DNA of 13,049 bases, taken from positions 1-13,049 of the forward strand of contig JBHGNT010001002.1 of assembly GCA_043228905.1 (NCBI GenBank), in the 5' to 3' direction. Positions 8,632 to 13,049 of the stretch are shown here, piece by piece; position 1 is the stretch's first letter, and the number at the start of each line of letters is the position of its first letter. Source of the DNA: Azolla caroliniana (Eukaryota; Plantae; Polypodiophyta). Below the pieces are notes generated by a model. That model saw only the letters and a program-made list of their open reading frames with translations, did no database searches and was not told the origin of the DNA. The position numbers were made by a program, and so were the translations under genes.

Positions 8632-11497
8632 ATGATGGTGATGATGATGAATGACAGAAAGAAAGAAGACGATGAATATAAATCAGCCCAGCAAGCTCCT
8701 CCACCTTCACCTTCACGAATCCATCCACGGTTACAAACACCTCCATCTCCAGTAAGAACAGTGCAAATTTCCTGTTAGAAACGGGGGTTCAAGTGGCCAT
8801 ATATGTGACCTTACCTAATAAGAAATCCTGAATCATAACAGGGACCTCATGGGCTGTATATGGTGCCAATGTATGGGCAAGCTAAGGAACCATATTCACC
8901 CAGTTCCCCCCTCATTCAGTTTCCTAATTACTTCACCGAAAATGTTAGGAGGTAATACACCTTATTGTAAGCTTCATTTGGCACTGTTTCTGTCGCTGAT
9001 GATAATCAACTGATATTATTCCATTTGAAATTCTATACAGGCCAATCAAATTTCATAACTTCCATGTTTTTCACACCAGAAATGATCCTCCAATCAATTC
9101 ATATGAGGATTCAATTCTAATTCGTGGAGGACAAGTTCATGACACAGACCTTCATTTACATACTCTTCATGAAGAGAGTTCTTCTGATGGTATACTGTAG
9201 AAAATTGATCTCTCCTGTGCTTTAAATTCTAGGACAGAGGTTTAATTATCGTCAAAAAAAAAAAAAAAAACCATTCCTTTGAAAGGTCAGAATAAACAAG
9301 GAGATTACTCTGAGCTATCCTTCAGACAGTAACATCAAACATAGGGTTCCTATCTGTCGAGATGTATTGAAACAGATTATTTGAAATAATGGTTTTAAAT
9401 ACTGAAAATTTGATCATTGCTACATTTTCCGTTGGCTTTGAGGTTTTTTCGATGATCATGCAAAACTGTATTCTTAATGTTGAGAGAGAGAGAAAAATGA
9501 ATTCATCACTTGTGTTACAAGAGTAATTTCTTTATTACAGAATCAGACCCTTTACCAGCTATTGAAAGTTTGTGCATAACTGAGGAAGCAGTACTTGGAA
9601 ACACAATTAGGGCAGTTGGTAATTCTATCAATGGTACTACGTTGTGTCACTTTCAGGTAGAAAATGAATGATTGATTTTAATTTGATAGCGAAGTAGAAT
9701 ATTGACTAAATTGATAGCTACTTCTCATTGGTCTTTCTAAACAGTGGGTGCGGCACAACAAAGATGGCAGTTTTTTCCATATTGCAGGTATTATTTAACG
9801 TCTTTAATTAAAGGTGGTTTTCCTATCTAATATTTAAAGAAACTTTTTGTTTTTACAGGTGCTGCACAACCTGAGTATACTATTACTGCTGATGATATAG
9901 ATACACGTCTGTCTTTGGAGTGCACTCCGATGGATGATAGAAACAGGAAAGTAAGGAAACTATCATTGCTATAAACAAAATGAAATTGAAATGCATAAGA
10001 ATTGGTACATTCAATGATTATATTGATAACTGCCCTATAAATGATTACAACACCAGTACGAGAACGGAAAAATTTCCATCGCATGTACAGTATTTGGTCA
10101 ATTTGTTTCAAATCAACAAATAACTTTCCATAACTTCCTTGGCAGGGATATATGATTTCGGTGTTTGTCAACAATAGAAATTTCATAACTTTACGTAAGC
10201 ATATGTTTTATTTCATACACACTTTACTTTCATGTAATAAATCCCTGTTTCTGACATATGATTAACTTTGTTGGCTCATTAAAAACTGTATGTGTATAAG
10301 GTATGGACAATAAGGTGCCTTAAAGAATAATATTACTTGTATGAATACTTAGTTATTCTTAGCTCTATTGCTCATCTGAATAACGTGTGAACAATAAGCT
10401 GCTTTGTCATTGGTAAGGCATCGTCATGCCGTATATTTTCATAAATTTTTCATTAAAACAGGATTATGCTTGTACCTAGCCATTTGAACATCTTTTAGTT
10501 TGTTTTTCTGCAGCTTACTGAATACTTACAAATCTGAATGCCATTTTATCCATGTTCTTGAAATATAATATTGGGATTTGCAATGTTTATTTCAGAAGAT
10601 GGCATTAAGGATCAGTTATCTGAGTATCTTGATTTTGGGCAAGCGATTTTCTCTGTGAAACTTGGGGTCAGTCTGCTACCAACTACTATTCATCCTTTTT
10701 TTTATAATGTTTTCGTTTATAAAGAATTTATCTCATTATCTGTAGGTTGAAAGTTCTCAAGACAGTCCATTTGAGCCCGCTACCTTGATATTGAGACGAT
10801 CTGGTTATGAGCTGAAAAAGTTAAATGGAAAGAAAGCTGTGTTAAATGAAAGATATGCATCAGAATCACCTGTAATACACTTATTTGGGATCTCAATTCA
10901 TAAGGGCAATATATATGTCTGCTAATACATGGAGACTCCTGTGACATTGTCAAGTGTAGTGTTTTATCATGCCCAGTAAAATTGTGCATTCATTACTGTC
11001 CTTTCTGCAATATCTTGCAGGTTGAGATTAAAGTTGTAAAGGATTGTCAATGTGCGATCATAAATAGTGGTGGCATCATCCAACTGCTAGATTGTGAAGA
11101 AAATCGGTGCGTTCAATAGGGCTTTCTTACCTTTCATCATTAATCAAGAATTAAATAGAGCAGTTTAGCTTGGTATTTTGAATTTCGCATTGTTCTGGTT
11201 TGATGAGTCGCATCATATGATGACTTTCTTTGGTCTGTGTAGAAGGCCAGTCTTAGCTTCATATCTGTGAGGTTTCATTAGTTTCTGGTGAAGTTAATGC
11301 TAATTGAGATTATATGACACAGAACCCGAGATTTACTGGTTTTGACTATGCGGGCATTTGTCAAAGCGGTAAGATGGTAAATGCATTTCTGACATCTTTG
11401 CTGCAGATAAACTGAATCTGATGTGTTTTACACGGTTACATGAATTATAATGCAGGCTATTGATCGAAAGAGAACCAAAAAGGTTTTCTGGAAGTAA
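8632..11497 (+). CDS. Intact 12-exon gene, 349 aa: Pro/Ser-rich N-terminus, AIR9-type A9/Ig-like domain, C-terminal PH-like module (At3g03560/At5g08440-like uncharacterised plant protein)
   Basis: Exons 8632-8751, 8842-8951, 9041-9189, 9541-9656, 9745-9787, 9859-9950, 10146-10194, 10596-10666, 10746-10871, 11021-11106, 11323-11368, 11456-11497. All introns are GT-AG with matching phases; total 1050 nt = 349 aa + TAA, no internal stop. Family-like motifs: DPLPAIESLCI..GNSINGTTLCHFQ/WVRHNKDGS..GAAQPEYTITADDIDTRLSLECTPMDDRNRK/GYMISVFVN; FEPATLILRRSGY; RTRDLLVLTMRAF. In-frame TGA at 8563 precedes the ATG. Exons 1-3 rest on splice and phase logic only. Confidence 0.88.
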
Positions 11498-12539
11498 AGA
11501 TGTGAAGTTTAATTTTTCCATCAGTGGTCTTTGGCACATAATGGACAGGGTTCTTCTATGTGCCTGTACTGTAGTTTTACCAACTTATGTACAGTTTTCT
11601 TTGTACAGAATGTGTATGATTATTTTGTTATTTCGGGATCCCTACAATGATCATCATAGTCATTGAATAACTGATATTATTATTATTATTCTTTAAAGAA
11701 TTAGTTGTTATACTTAGTTTTCACTTTCAATCCTTTTGAATGCGAAGGTGTTTGAGTTAAGTACCTTCTGTCTATCTTTTATTCATATAAATTTGACAGC
11801 TTACTCCAGAATTCAGAGGCTTTGATTGATGAACATCTTGTTCTTGGTTGTGTGGTGCTATTTCAAGTTTCGGCTGTCATGCTATTAATGGTTATTGCTT
11901 GGTATTAACAAACAAGATGTTTACTCAATACCCAGAGAAGCGTAACTGGCAAAGACTTCCAAGCACTTGAAAGGTAACCTTGTAACTGGCATGATAGTGT
12001 AGGATGGTGAGATTGAGAACATTTCTTATCAGGCTGATGTCATTCCTTTTGTCCATAAAATTGTATGAAAATGTCCCTTTTGTGAACATGATATGGCAAG
12101 ATATTGTATTATTAGGTTCAGCTATTGGCTAATGCTTTCCTAACATTATATGCACAGCAAACCATTGAGCGTAAATTATGAAGTGTATTCCCGTTTTTCA
12201 ATAAAGCCAAATCTTTGCTTTGGACATATGCAGCATCATTTTCTAGTGTTGGAATATGATATAGCTGGGTGTCGTGTTATTAGATTCAGATATTGGCCAA
12301 ATGCTGCATCTTCCTCATGCTTTTCTTGGTATAAGTGACTCACAATGTGTGCAGTAAACCTTTGATCATAAATTAATGTTTGATCTCATGAATTAATAAG
12401 CCAAACCTTTGCTTTTGGCATATGCCTCACTACCTCTCTAGTGCTGGAACAAATTTGGGTGATACAACATTGTATTTCAAAAATTACCTGTGAATGTGTT
12501 ATGGAGTACTTTTAACATTATGTTTAGCAGTAGTTTATA
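10999..12539 (+). repeat. Tandem duplication block A, copy 2
   Basis: Direct repeat of 1-1513. Homology probably extends further left, but that part of copy 1 is outside the window. Confidence 0.98.
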
Positions 12540-13049
12540 CTAACTAAAAGAAGTCATTTCTGAGAGAGTTCATATTTGTGGGAACAGTCACACAATCTTA
12601 ATAGAACTTTTTATATGCTTGAATTTGAGATATATGGTGGAGTCCCATATTAGCATCTGCCAGTACCCATCTGTAGAATGTAGACGAGAGTGTAAATTTC
12701 TCTCTAAAACATGATTAGGATAAAATTTAGAGATCTCTCCATTCTGGATCGACGTATGCTAGAGATCTTTCGAGGGCAAAAATTACAATATATCTGACTT
12801 GAGAATCTTACATGTACTAATAACAAGATTCTTTAGTCTCTTTTTCTCTTATTTACTTTTTTTTTACACCGTGATTTGTTGCTCTCCAATACGAGAAAAA
12901 ACATAAGATGTAATCTCTCGTTTGGTCTTACAGGCCATTTTGACCTCTTAAAATATGTTAATGTATCTTTCTTTCTTTATCCCTCTCTCTCTCTCAATAT
13001 GATAAATCTGATCTTAACCTTGAAGTTGATGTAGCTAAAAATATGGCCG
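12537..13049 (+). repeat. Duplicated block B, copy 2 (runs off window end), fused directly to block A
   Basis: Direct repeat of 4439-4949; junction reads GTAGTTT-ATA-CTAACTAAAAG. Confidence 0.97.

Noticed and set aside
9254-9270. A17 tract in intron 3 as a retroposon tail
   Set aside because: No TSD or SINE A/B boxes seen; treated as a homopolymer.

Overview
Land-plant nuclear DNA (AT-rich, GT-AG introns); no prokaryotic features or RNA genes seen, and the ORF track misses the main gene. The window covers about one period of a tandem duplication. A hand-spliced, intact 12-exon + strand gene (8632-11497, 349 aa) encodes an AIR9-type A9/Ig-like domain plus a C-terminal PH-like module (resembles the uncharacterised At3g03560/At5g08440 family, recalled from memory). 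The last three exons of a second copy, identical in coding sequence, lie at 23-499 (offset 10,998). Between the copies are: an isolated terminal exon of an ANTH/AP180-type clathrin assembly gene (3883-4260, - strand); degenerate LINE fragments; a probable solo LTR (6662-7410) inside one of them; a possible Helitron-like segment; and an 82-83 bp tandem array with RY motifs upstream of the gene. The downstream unit lacks 1514-4441, joined at a 3-bp ATA microhomology. Copy divergence jumps from about 0.4% near the gene to about 5-6% further out, suggesting gene conversion. All homology calls are by eye, not from database searches.
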